A stretch of 64,000 bases of DNA from Octopus sinensis. Lineage: Eukaryota. Position numbers and translations under genes: made by a program. Shown piece by piece: positions 40,354 through 52,500 of this stretch; the stretch's first letter is position 1; each line of letters begins with the position of its first letter. The stretch is from assembly GCF_006345805.1 (NCBI RefSeq), contig NC_042997.1, positions 180,358,001 through 180,422,000 on the forward strand. The letters run 5' to 3'. The notes beneath the pieces were generated by a model. The model ran no database searches, was not told where the DNA came from, and worked only from the letters and a program-made list of their open reading frames with translations.

Positions 40354-40460
40354 ATTTCTTGTACGGTATACCGTTTCATCCGCTGTTTAAGGGTATACTA
40401 ACCTGATTAAATTAAATCAAGCCAATCTTCCATAAGCCCTCGGATTCTTCAGCAAGAAAT
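40354..40460 (-). ncRNA. Type I hammerhead ribozyme, family B
   Basis: AUUUCUUG-CUGAAGA-AUCCG..hairpin..CGGAU-GAAAC-GGUAUACC-GUA-CAAGAAAU: stem I 8 bp, stem II 5 bp, 12-nt palindrome ACGGUAUACCGU. Confidence 0.92.
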
Positions 40461-40843
40461 AGCTCAAGACGGAACAGATATATACACGAGGCATACCCAA
40501 TCTTGCCAAGTCAATATCTGACCTAAAATTTTCAAATCGTCGCACTCGCGCCAAATTTATCGGCAGCAAATAAATATCAGCCGTCGATTCCATTACGGAA
40601 TTAACCAAAAAATTCATAATCAATCAAATAGGGTGGCAAGGAAAATTTTGTAGAATTTTATTGCCACCAGCGGCCCAGCGGGAAAAAATTAAATAGTCAT
40701 AGACCATTTTTAAGTTCAACATTAACAATTAAGGAACGGCCATAATAGGCCATTCACCCACTAGAAATAACAGCCAAAGCTTCTACCGCAAATAAAGATT
40801 AATTCCGTAAACAGGAGAAAATTAAAAAAAACATTACCCTGTA

Positions 40844-40949
40844 ATTTCTTGTACGGTATACCGTTTCATCCGCTGTTTAATGGTATACTAACCTGATTAA
40901 ATTAATCAAGCCAATCTTCCATAAGCCCTCGGATTCTTCAGCAAGAAAT
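40844..40949 (-). ncRNA. Type I hammerhead ribozyme, family B
   Basis: Same intact motif. Confidence 0.92.
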
Positions 40950-41373
40950 AGCTCAAGACGGAAAGATATATACACGAGGCATACCCAATCTGGCCATCAA
41001 TATCTGACCTAAAATTTTCAAATCGTCGCACTCGCGCCAAATTTATCGGCAGCAAATAAATATCAGCCGTCGATTCCATTACGGAATTAACCAAAAAATT
41101 CATAATCAATCAATATAGGGTGGCAAGGAAAATTTTGTAGAATTTTATTGCCACCAGCGCCAAGCGGGAAAAAATTAAATAGTCATAGACCATTTTTAAG
41201 TTCAACATTAACAATTAGAAACGGCCATAATAGGCCATTCACCCACTAGAAATAACAGCCAAAGCTTCTACCGCAAATAAAGATTAATTCCGTAAACAGG
41301 AGAAAATTTTAGGTCAGATATTGACTTGGCAAGATTGGGTATGCTGTGTATATATATGTTCCGTCTTGAGCTA

Positions 41374-41470
41374 TCTTGCTGAGAATCCGAGGTGCTTATA
41401 GATTGGCTGATTTAATTTATCAGGCTTAGTATACCATTAAACAGCGGATGAAACGGTTTACGTACAAGAA
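41374..41470 (+). ncRNA. Type I hammerhead, family B, indel-damaged copy
   Basis: Core reads ctgagaatcc (one A missing); GAAAC..GUA-CAAGAA present. Confidence 0.6.
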
Positions 41471-41854
41471 ATACAGGGTAATTGTTTTTTAAGTTTATCC
41501 TGTTTACGGGAATTAATCTTTATTGCGGGTAAGCAATAGCTGTGGCTGTTATTTCTAGGGGTGAATGGCATTATGGGCCGTTCCTAATTGTTAATGTTGA
41601 ACTTAAAAATGGTCTATGACTATTAATTTTTCCCGCGGGCCCGCTGGTGGCAATAAAATTCTACAAAATTTTCCTTGCACCCTATATTGATTGATTATGA
41701 ATTTTTGGGTTAATTCCGTAATGGAATCGACGGCTGATATTTATTTGCTGCCGATAAAATTTGGCGCGAGTGCGACGATTTGAAAATTTAGGTCAGATAT
41801 TGACTTGGCAGATTGGGTATGCCTCGTGTAATATCTGTTTTCCCGTCTTGAGCT

Positions 41855-41965
41855 ATTTCTTGCTGAAGAATCCGAGGGCTTATGGAAGATTGGCTTGATT
41901 TAATTTAATAGTTTCGGTTAGTATACCATTAAACAGCGGATTGAAAACGGTATACCGTACAGAAA
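41855..41965 (+). ncRNA. Type I hammerhead, family B, copy with small indels
   Basis: CUGAAGA intact; gaaaacggtataccgta with extra bases; stem I 3' strand altered. Confidence 0.7.
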
Positions 41966-42350
41966 AGAAATTACAGGGAAATGTTTTTTTATTTTTCCTG
42001 TTTACGGGCATTAAATCTTTATTGCGGCAGTAGAAGCTTTGGCTGTTATTTCTAGTGGGTGATGGCACCTATTATGGCGTTCCTTAATTGTAATGTTGAA
42101 CTTAAAAATGGTCTATGACTATTTAATTTCCCGCTGGCCAGCTGGTGGCAATAAAATTCTACAAAATTTTCCTGGCCACCCTATATTGATTGATTATGAA
42201 TTTTTTGGTTAATTCCGTAATGGAATCGACGGCTGAGATTTATTTGCTGCCGATAATTGGCGCGATGTGCGACGATTTGAAAATTTAGGCCAGATATTGA
42301 CTTGGCAAGATTGGGTATGCCTCGTGTATATATATGTTCCGTCTTGAGCT

Positions 42351-42459
42351 ATTTCTTGCTGAAGAATCCGAGGGCTTATGGAAGATTGGCTTGATTTAAT
42401 TTAATCAGGTTAGTATACCATTAAACAGCGGATGAAACGGTATATACCGTACAAGAAAT
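42351..42459 (+). ncRNA. Type I hammerhead ribozyme, family B
   Basis: Intact; stem III palindrome extended to ACGGUAUAUACCGU. Confidence 0.9.
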
Positions 42460-42899
42460 TACAGGGTAAATGTTTTTTTAATTTTCTCCTGTTACGGAAT
42501 TAATCTTATTTGCGTTAGAAGCTTTGGCTGTTTATTCTAGTGGGTGAATGGCCTATTATGGCCGTTCCTTAATTGTTAATGTTGAACTTAAAAATGGTCT
42601 ATGATATTTAATTTTTTCCCGCTGGGCCGCTGGTGGCAATAAAATTCTACAAAATTTTCCTTGCCACCCTATATGATTGATTATGAAAATATATATATAT
42701 ATATATAATATATATATATATATAATATATATTAATATATATATATATATATATATATATACGTTTATATATTTGTTGTGCAAGATTATTGGCTAAACTG
42801 GCAAAATGACCATTCCGAAATATAACAAATATATATATATATATATATACTAGCAGAGATAGCCAGCCTTTCTCGGAATTGAAATGGCATATTTTCTTT

Positions 42900-43195
42900 A
42901 TTGTTCTATTAGTTTCAGTCAGGTGACTGCAGCATGCTGGAGCAACGCCGTTGGTCGAACAATTCGACCACAGGATGTGTTCTTTGTAAGCCTAGTACTT
43001 ATTCTATCAGTGACTCATGCCGAACCGCTAGGTTATAGGAAGATAAGACACAGCAACAATGGTTGTCTAGCAATGGTGGGAGTACAAACACAGACACACA
43101 CACACATGTACACATATACACATATATACGGCTGTCTTTCAGTTTCCGTGTACGACATCCAATCCACTCACAAGGCTTTGGTCGGCCTGAGGATG
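42900..43195 (-). mobile_element. SINE family 1, diverged
   Basis: gtttcagtca..tgactgcagcatgctggagc and ctttgtaagcctagtacttattctatc match the family-1 tail. Confidence 0.8.
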
Positions 43196-43197
43196 TA

Positions 43198-43250
<53 letters not shown>

Positions 43251-43875
43251 TATATATATATAATATATATATATATATAATAATACATGTATGTATATGT
43301 GTATCTGTGATTGTATAGATAAATAAATAGAGCTAGCGCAGGTGTTATTCAAATTCTTTTACATCCGACATATGATTCGAAGACAGCATTGGTATTATTC
43401 CAGAAGGAATAAAATGGAGCAAAACAATGCAATTTTCTCATCAGAGAAAGAAAGAAACCAAACACATCAATAAGACATTTTAATAGAATGTGATGACTGA
43501 GTATTTGTTGAAGGGGTCGTTATCAAGTATTGGTTTTAAAAAAAACATTTAGTAGAAATAGCAACAAAGGTAGTATATAAGGAAAAGGAGGAGAAAGTAA
43601 AAAAAATTAGCAGAAAAATAATAGTGCAGATATAAAGAGCGATAGGTGAATTAGAATAAAGCTTAAGGGAATGGAAGTAGATATATTTAGTGGATGTACA
43701 ATGTAAGAAGTCAGTCAAAGATTAAATTTTATATATGCGTATATATGTACATATGTATACAGTCCAAGAGTCGAAACCATAATCCTTGATTATGATTGCA
43801 ACACTCAAACCACTAAACTTTACTACTCTACAGACACACACACAAACATAATACACAAACGCAAACGTATATACC

Positions 43876-43911
<36 letters not shown>

Positions 43912-44015
43912 ATATATATATAGGTATATACTCTGTGTAGAGTAGTGAAGTTTAGTGGTGTACCGTTGGCGATTTTTTTCCTGTCTTCCCTTCTCTGGAT
44001 CTTTCCTTCTCCTAT

Positions 44016-44050
44016 GTTTCCGACGAAGAACTCCGCTCGAATCGTTAAAC
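44016..44050 (+). ncRNA. Degenerate minimal type I hammerhead
   Basis: GUUU-CcGACGA-A-GAa..CUC-GAAu-CG-UU-AAAC; stem I GUUU/AAAC; three substitutions from a canonical motif. Confidence 0.45.
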
Positions 44051-44161
44051 CCTCCCTCTCCCCTTCCTTCTGAGCGTCCAATAATACTAATTTGTTCCAC
44101 ATCCTCGCGTTGCTGTGTTTTCTTTTTTTGTTTTCATGCTGGATTAAAAACTATATACATA

Positions 44162-44205
<44 letters not shown>

Positions 44206-44213
<8 letters not shown>

Positions 44214-44392
44214 ATATTTCGGAATGGTCATATTGCCAGTTTAGCCAATAAAAACACACGCACTATATATTTGGTGTTATTTTGCTTCAGTGATATTTAT
44301 TTTTTACATTAATCTTAATCTTATTTCGGCCAAAGTTCTTTCGTCACACTCCTGTATATCTATATGTGTATGTATGTGTGTATATATGTATA

Positions 44393-44425
<33 letters not shown>

Positions 44426-44992
44426 GTATATATATATATGTATATGTATTTTTTTTTTTTTTCGATTAGATTTATTATTATTATTACTAATATTGTTGTT
44501 ATACATACATACAAGCATATGTAATGATAATAATGGGTGGATGTAAACACATGAACAAAATTATAACAAAAGCAACAACAACAAAAACAAAATACAAATT
44601 ACAAGAATGTATATAACCAGAAGATACAAATATTACAGGCACCCCCCCCCACACACTAAATAAACATAGACGCACATAGAGATATAAGCATGCGCAAATG
44701 AAGACATATACAATAGAAATACAAAATGGCTGACGGTTAGTAAGGAGAGACACAAGTAAGTGAGAAGAAAACAAAGGACCACTGATGCGGTCACAGGAGT
44801 GTGACGAAAGAACTTTGGCCGAAATAAGATTAAGATTAATGTAAAAATAATATCACTGAAGCAAAATAACACCAAATATATAGGCGTGTGTTTTTATTGG
44901 CTAAACTGGCAATATGACCATTCCGAAATATAACAATATCTGTTTCAACACACGACTTCACATAAAAAATCTTGCACAACAAATATTTAAAC

Positions 44993-44995
<3 letters not shown>
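44206..44995 (+). mobile_element. Non-autonomous HHR element with ~148-bp inverted terminal copy
   Basis: 44206-44355 is a near-perfect reverse complement of 44793-44939; ~55-bp extension after the right copy; (TA)n flanks. Confidence 0.75.
44779..44818 (+). ncRNA. Type I hammerhead, A9-to-C variant or decayed
   Basis: CCA-CUGAUGc-G-GUCAC-aggagt-GUGAC-GAAA-GAAC-UU-UGG. Confidence 0.55.
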
Positions 44996-45072
<77 letters not shown>

Positions 45073-45096
45073 CTCAATATCTATATATATATATAG

Positions 45097-45281
45097 ATTG
45101 ATTGATTGATTCTAGTTCAGTTTATGAGCTGTGGCTGCTGGGGCACCGCATTTGGTGTTGCTACTTGGTTTCACTTCACGAAAGCTTTCTAGCAACTGCC
45201 ATTTGGTGCATGAGAGAGTTCGATGCAGCTGCCCTTCATCTGCCCCTCCTGCCGTGAAGTTGGTTCATGGACACCTGACAG
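45097..45281 (-). mobile_element. Probable LINE (RTE-like) 3' end with (GATT)n tail
   Basis: GC-richer block ending in short tetranucleotide tail repeats; family assignment is tentative. Confidence 0.4.
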
Positions 45282-45302
45282 GATATAATTACTCACACAC
45301 AC

Positions 45303-45360
<58 letters not shown>

Positions 45361-45940
45361 AGTATACGTTTGTGCGTTTGTATGTATGTATGTATGTATG
45401 GATGGATGGATGGATCAAAACACTTTGATTCAAATTCGTTGTTAATCTTGAGTTTAAAGCGTGATGCTAGTTGCCAACCATTTTGATTTTGAATGACAGT
45501 AGTTGATTGGCATTACCGTAAGGTGGGCTGTGATTGGTCGAGGAAGGTCACGCGATGTCGTGGTTTGATGTCGATATGTGGCTAACAGTTATTTGGGAAA
45601 TACCGAATGGTGAACAGGAAATTGACCACGTGGAGGACAGGAAATAGAGTACGTGGAGATTAGGAAATTGGTCAGGTTGAAGGGGGTGAAATGGGAAGGG
45701 ACGGCATGTGTAAGAATAAAGTTCTATATGCTGGTGTGTAGATCCGCTTATATAGTTTTGCGTACATGATTACATCCATGCTAGTGTGCGCATCTGTACA
45801 TGGGCGCGCATGCGCACGTCTGTACACACACGCATACACACGCACACACACACTAATATGTAGAAAGAAATAAGGAGAGAAAATAAAGAATGTGTAGTAG
45901 CTAGCGATCCCTCATAACGAATATATATATAGATATAGAT

Positions 45941-46100
45941 GACAACCGATGCTGGTGTGTTTACGTCCCCGAAACCTAGCGGTTCGGCAATAGGGAGCAA
46001 TAGAATAAGTACTAGGCTTACAAAGAATAAGTTTTGAGGTCGATTTGCTCGACTAAAGTCAGTTACTCTAGCATCACCACAGTCAAATGACTGAAACAAA
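45941..46100 (+). mobile_element. SINE family 1, 3' part
   Basis: gacaaccgatgctggtgtgtttacgtcccc...aatgactgaaacaa. Confidence 0.85.
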
Positions 46101-46126
46101 CGAAAAAAATTTTAAGAATATATAGA

Positions 46127-46196
<70 letters not shown>

Positions 46197-46464
46197 AAAT
46201 AGAAAGATGAATAATCTTGTAGCAGATTAATCAAAAGTTTAACCGATACCTTGGTAGCAAAAATCACAGCAGAAGACAGCACGGTTGGAGGTACAACCAA
46301 ATGGTATTGCAACCGTGCGTGGTGCGGATAATTGACTTTTAATTCATCGGATTTTGGAAATTGTGCCTTTCGAAACACGTGTAGAATGAAATAAAACGAT
46401 TTCTGTTCAATCTTCGTTCAGCTCCATTTCTTCCAATTCAGTAATAATAATATTATATATATAT

Positions 46465-46538
<74 letters not shown>

Positions 46539-46888
46539 TTTATTCATGTATATCATGAACAGACATGGTTGTGTTGTCCTGCCCACAGTCATGATTGCAG
46601 GGTTTGAATACCCGGGTAGGAAATAGCCTTGTGTTATTCAGCTAAATTGTCATCCCAGACCTGGTAGAACTACATATAATTACATCTTGGGACCGTCACT
46701 GGGCCAAACAGTGATAGAATCCGGAATATCTGTATATCTTGTTTGGCCTAAATAGTCCCCTGAAAACTTATAAAATGTACGATACAGTCTCATTTACTTA
46801 GTCAAAGGGTCAATGATGCATGAATTCAGTAGTAAGGAAACTATTCCGACAGTTGGTATGCTGACATTTTGATTTATTTTATTCTTTT

Positions 46889-47045
46889 AGTCAAGGAAAT
46901 CGACCCTAGGACTTATTCTTTGTAAACCTAGTACTTATTATATCGGTGTCTTTTGCCGAACCGCTTGGTTACGGGGACATAAACACACCAGCATTGGTTG
47001 TCAAGCGAGGTTGGGGAAGAAAAACACAGACACACAAACACACAC
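46889..47045 (-). mobile_element. SINE family 1, 3' part
   Basis: cttattctttgtaaacctagtacttatt...gccgaaccgct...aacacaccagcatt. Confidence 0.8.
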
Positions 47046-47089
47046 ACATTATATATATTTATATATATACATATGCAGTATTTAAACAT

Positions 47090-47415
47090 ATCAAAGGGAA
47101 ATGGAATTTAATTAAAATTAAAAACATTCAATCAAAATTTACATTTCCAGTGGTCTAGCGCGTAAAAAATTTTAGTCAAAAATACTATATATTAGTCATA
47201 CGATATAGTGTATATTTAAACACATAGAGAATCCGCTTATAGGGATTCTACGCACTACGCATTAGAAAGAACAGCTAAGTTCTATGAACACAAAAAATTC
47301 GGGACAAAATTCGACAGGAATAAATTTGGAAATGAAAAACATTTACCATCTAGTTTCCAGGAAACTTAGCTGTTCTTTCTAATGCGTAGAGTCCCTATAA
47401 GTGGATTCTCTATGT
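47090..47415. repeat. Family E fragment with fold-back, related to arrays A/B/C
   Basis: Boxes ccagtggtctagc, tagtcat, tagaaagaacagctaag and aaaaacatttacc; arms 47222-47281 and 47363-47415. Confidence 0.7.
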
Positions 47416-47434
47416 ATATACATATGCATATATA

Positions 47435-47591
47435 CGACGGGCGTCTTCTAGTTTCCGTCTACCAAATCCACCCTTTGGTCGGCTCGGGGCTATAGTAGCA
47501 ACAACTTGCCCAAGGTGCCACGCAATGGGACTGAACCCGGAACCATGTAGTTGGTAAGCAAGTTACTTAACACACAGCCACTCCTGCACCT
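47435..47591 (-). mobile_element. SINE family 1, 5' part
   Basis: gtttccgtctaccaaatccac...gggactgaacccgg...cacacagccactcctgc. Confidence 0.85.
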
Positions 47592-47809
47592 ATTTGCTAA
47601 CTATTTCTAGTAAACCTAGGGACTGCTTAGGGACATTCTTAGATTTAGGAAGGTAGCTAATTTCATTCATAGGAATAAGTACGGGAAAATCGTATTTTTT
47701 ACTTGAAAATGCATTTTTAGCATATTTTAACGATCATAAACATTATGAAACTATTCTATAATGTTTTGACACTCAAGCAATTGTTTTCTTTCTTTCCCCT
47801 GCTTTATTT

Positions 47810-48581
47810 TGAAAAGTAAGTAGGCATTAAAAATTGGTAATAAAATCCATATTCTTTTTACAAATTTATTGAAACAAATGATATACGTTTTTTTATTACA
47901 TGGGAAAATTAAAGTAAATCTTCATATTTCAACGTAAGCATCGGTGGCGTCAACCAGTTTCCTCAAACGATCAGGGGTGGAATGAATGAACAACCTTCTG
48001 AAGGACGTCGTCCGGGGTATCATTGAGAACCTCCTGAATCCGTGACTACTAGACCTCCAAACGTCCGAGGTCTTGTCTTGTACACCTCTTCTGTGTAACC
48101 TCATTTGTAAAAATTACATGGTGTGAGATCTGGACTTCTGCGGTCACAGCCTTCAGTTTCAACTCCTGCATGTAATGGGTATTTCACGGATGAAAATTCA
48201 GTTCTTTATGCAATAGGATACGTATTTTGTGTATTGTTAGTCCATTTTCACGAGCTGCTTCAAGCGTTGATTTTCGCGGATGCGATTAAACATTTCCTGA
48301 GCTGTTGTCACGTTCTCCGCTGATCAGGATGTGGTCGGACAGCCACTTCTTGCATCGTTCACAGAGTCCGTAGTCACCAGCTTTGCATGACAAATTTTAA
48401 TGTCTTCCGGACATATTGTTACGTGCTTACCTTGCCATGCACGCCACCATCGCTGATCCCAAACAGATTTCCACACTTCATAGCATGCTGCTATCTTACC
48501 TCGCTCCTTGTCATGACTTCAGTGATACTAAAAATTCTATAAGCAATTTCTAATGCCTAGTTACTTTTCACCCACCCTGTA
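47810..48581 (-). mobile_element. Internally deleted Tc1/mariner element (DD41D/rosa-like)
   Basis: TIR pair: gaaaagtaagtaggcattaaaaattg (47811-47836) and caatttctaatgcctagttacttttcacccaccctgta (48544-48581). Translation RSPDLTPC.F...EEVYKTRPRT...RLRKLVDATDAYVEI*. Confidence 0.85.
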
Positions 48582-48620
48582 TATATACGTGTGTGTGTAT
48601 GTACGATATGTATATATATG

Positions 48621-48727
<107 letters not shown>

Positions 48728-48754
48728 AGATAGATAGATAGATAGATAGATAAG

Positions 48755-48816
<62 letters not shown>

Positions 48817-49785
48817 TAGATAAATATATACACACACGTACGTCTGAATATACATGTATATATACATATGTATATTTATTGCCATGTAAATATCATTATT
48901 TGCTTGTGACTGAGTTGTGGTGCATCACTTCCATATTAATTCCGAAATTGGATGAAGAAATATATCAATTGCTATTGTATTTGGTGCTAAAACAATTAAA
49001 TTCTACGATCAGCTAAGGTTTTATATTGCATTAAACGTATACACAAGCACTTGCCATGTTATCTTTACTGCAGGGAAATTTCTGTTCGCTTTAATAGTGA
49101 CCATAAAATACTATAGAAAGGCTACCCCTAATTTGGAAAGCTTGACAGCAGACAATTCTTTGAACATACTCCTATATTTCTCTCATAAATGTTTTTACAA
49201 AGTGGAATTGCAAGCGGAACTCCTTATATTCAGGTTTGTAAAGATGAATACCGGTGGGATATAATTGAATTTATGTGATATCCGGGTGTTTGGCAATTAA
49301 GTATTGGTTCAGAACAGTTAGTTTATGTTAATGGATTCGATTTGTTTATTTAGTAGAATATTGTGTAACTTCCAATACAGAACAGACCCTGATGTAAGCA
49401 AATACTTTACATGTATGCGCCGATGTTTCCAGTTACCACGTTATTAATCTTCACAGCACTTACAGGGATGTTTAGCTTTTACACACACACACACACACAC
49501 ACCCACACACACACACACACACACACACCACACACACACAAACATATACACACACACCTTTATATGCCGGCATATGTTTATATTTATATGCATTTGTGTG
49601 CATGTATTCATTCACACACACATATATATATATATTATGTATGTACATATATATATATATGTATATATATCTGTGCATCTGTGCATATCTGTACATATAT
49701 ATATGTATATGTATATGTGTGTATATATAATATATATATTATATATATATACTTATATATATATATATAATATATATATATATAT

Positions 49786-49834
<49 letters not shown>

Positions 49835-50304
49835 GTGTGTGTGTGTGTATGTTTTTGTGTGGGGGTTTCTGTCAGTGAGCATACGCACCTCACATGTGTC
49901 TTTATTTGTGTAATGAATATATATCTCCGTGTGTGTGTGTATGTGTGTAAGCATGTATGTATTTAGAGAGGCGAAAACTTTTATGTTTTAATCATTTGAA
50001 GTGCAAAGTCACGAATAATGTCTCAGAGCGCTGGCCTCTGGACAATTCCACTGTTAAAGCAACAGCAACATTCCTTTCACTTTACAATAATTCTATACAT
50101 GATATCAGGTAATATGTCCACAGGCAAACAAGCGAATAGAGACATTTGCACTGTATTTTATAACTGTTAAATGAATGATATTCCAGGTCGACAAAACCCA
50201 ATAGCTGACTATTAGAATACTTTGCCTTTTTCCGGAATTCTTCATTTATTATTTACTGTAGTTCTTCATTGTTAGAACATATATATAATATATATGTATA
50301 TATA

Positions 50305-50366
<62 letters not shown>

Positions 50367-50504
50367 CTATATATATATATAATATATATATATATATGTT
50401 TGTATGTATGTACACATGCAAGCTTGCATGTATGTATCCAAAACATTTAGTTGATAAAACATGGTGCTGTATTTAAATACTGTAATCACATACACAGACG
50501 TGTT

Positions 50505-50597
<93 letters not shown>

Positions 50598-50599
50598 CG

Positions 50600-50757
50600 T
50601 GTCATGGATGTGTGATAAAAACTTTGCTTCCCAACCACACGGTTATGTATTCAGGCCTACTGCATGTTACGTCAGGCAGGTGCGTTCTAATATAGTCACG
50701 GGCCAACCAAGACCTTATGAGTAGTTCTTGTAGACGAAAACTGAAAGAATTCTATTG
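50600..50757 (+). mobile_element. SINE family 1, diverged 5' part
   Basis: gggccaaccaagaccttatgagt...gtagacgaaaactgaaagaa. Confidence 0.65.
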
Positions 50758-50789
50758 TCTGTGTGTGTGTCTGTGTGCTTTGCGGCTGT

Positions 50790-51360
50790 GTGTTTTGTGC
50801 CATCTTTAGATGACCTTATTGATTCACTATGTGGGTTCATTCATTCTCATCATGTTCACAACAGCCTTCCATCTTTTCCTATATATATTAGGCAAAAGGC
50901 ATTTTCTCTCCAGCCTTATTTTCCTATTAAAGTAGAAAATAAAGAAGCTTACGAGCACAAGACTGGACATGAACATGCCTGTCATGGTTCCTTTTATGTG
51001 AAACTTCCTTACAACCTCTTTTGCACAGCGGGAAAACAAGCCTTATCTTCTTTGTTAAAAGAGGAAGGAGGAACAATCTTTAAAATTGACTTTGAAGACA
51101 GTTGTACTATTGCCAGCTGTGACAGCCGCTGTTCAATGTAAACCCACATTTCTCTGATGTTAGGACACTGCACAATCACGTGCAGAGCGGTTTCTCTGTT
51201 CTGCTCATATCTTGGGCACATGACTGAACAAGAAGCACTATGCTTTACGAGTTTGTCGCGAACTGGTAAGGATCTTCGGTAATATAGCCAAGCCAGTTCT
51301 GGATAGTTTAGAACCAAATGAAGGCAAGGTTTCCAATGTCGGGAAGATACTGATTCCAAA
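50790..51360 (-). mobile_element. L1/Tx1-like LINE ORF2 C-terminal fragment (zf-RVT)
   Basis: LAWLYYRRSLPVRDKL...CPR....ETALHVIVQC...MWVY. Confidence 0.75.
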
Positions 51361-51489
51361 AATGTATAATACGTCTATGTAGAACAAATGTAGACAGGGA
51401 TTCAGGGGTCCCGGTCGGACGGGCAGGCAGAGTTTCATATTTATAATAATAATATTACTATCAATAATGATAACAACAACAACAACGAC

Positions 51490-51562
<73 letters not shown>

Positions 51563-51737
51563 GCTGTGAAAACCACATCCATTGATACATTTATTTATTT
51601 ATTAATTTTTAAATACATATTTTATCTGTGAATTTGCGCGTGTAATCTGGGAATGCATACAATGAGCTTCTCTGCCCTAGGTGTATGGAAAACACTCGGC
51701 GAGAAACGGAAGAACATTTGAAGAAAGAAGGAAAATG

Positions 51738-51798
<61 letters not shown>

Positions 51799-51936
51799 GT
51801 AATGATAACGCAGTAGCACCCTCTGGAATAAGATGAGCTGTATTCTTTATTTTCTTGTCTTTATTTTTCTATCTACAGTTTTATTCTTTTATAGACTGTG
51901 AATTCTCCGTCTGAAAGTTTCCTACATACACACCTT

Positions 51937-52012
51937 GTCTCTGATGAGGAAATACTCAGAGTATACGGATGCTGACCCATCACCTGGGATATCCTAGAAC
52001 GAGGTGTAAGAC
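51937..52012 (+). ncRNA. Degenerate type I hammerhead
   Basis: GUCU-CUGAUGA-GGA..UCC-ua-GAA-C..GUA-AGAC; stem I GUCU/AGAC; one A of GAAA missing. Confidence 0.45.
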
Positions 52013-52259
52013 ATTAATTACTTCTAAATCACCTTACTCTAATTAAATACTCTAAATAAACTGAGATTACTAGCCCTGCCTTGGTTTTGTTGTCCTTTTT
52101 CTTCTAATATACAGCTGCTAACTTCGAAGCCTACTACGGATCCCTAGCTCCAGCCTCAGCTGTAAACTTAGAACCTAACGGATGACCAATAATAACACTT
52201 ACACAGCGTACCTATCCGTTTAGATCATCAGTGAACTAAACTCCTCCTATTCTTTATAT

Positions 52260-52334
<75 letters not shown>

Positions 52335-52442
52335 AAAAAAGCAACAAGAATGGATTAAAATATCGGTACAATTGTTTCGTACGAGGACATCTTTAATAAG
52401 CTACAAAAATGCAGTAAATGTAGATGGCGCGTACTTAAACCG

Positions 52443-52500
<58 letters not shown>

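Larger units (their letters stand above)
40231..42687. repeat. Array B: ~490-bp HHR-bearing units; left arm 40231-~41306 (HHR on -, ~2.2 units), right arm ~41305-42687 (HHR on +, ~2.8 units); flanked by (TA)n
   Basis: attaacaatt recurs at 40231, 40721 and 41207; inversion junction shares aaaattt; right-arm GUA triplets end at 41464, 41959 and 42451. Confidence 0.95.

Noticed and set aside
40417-41109. 67-68-aa ORF repeated in family B units (MIMNFLVNSV...)
   Set aside because: The homologous region in family A has in-frame stops and the peptide has no recognisable domain.
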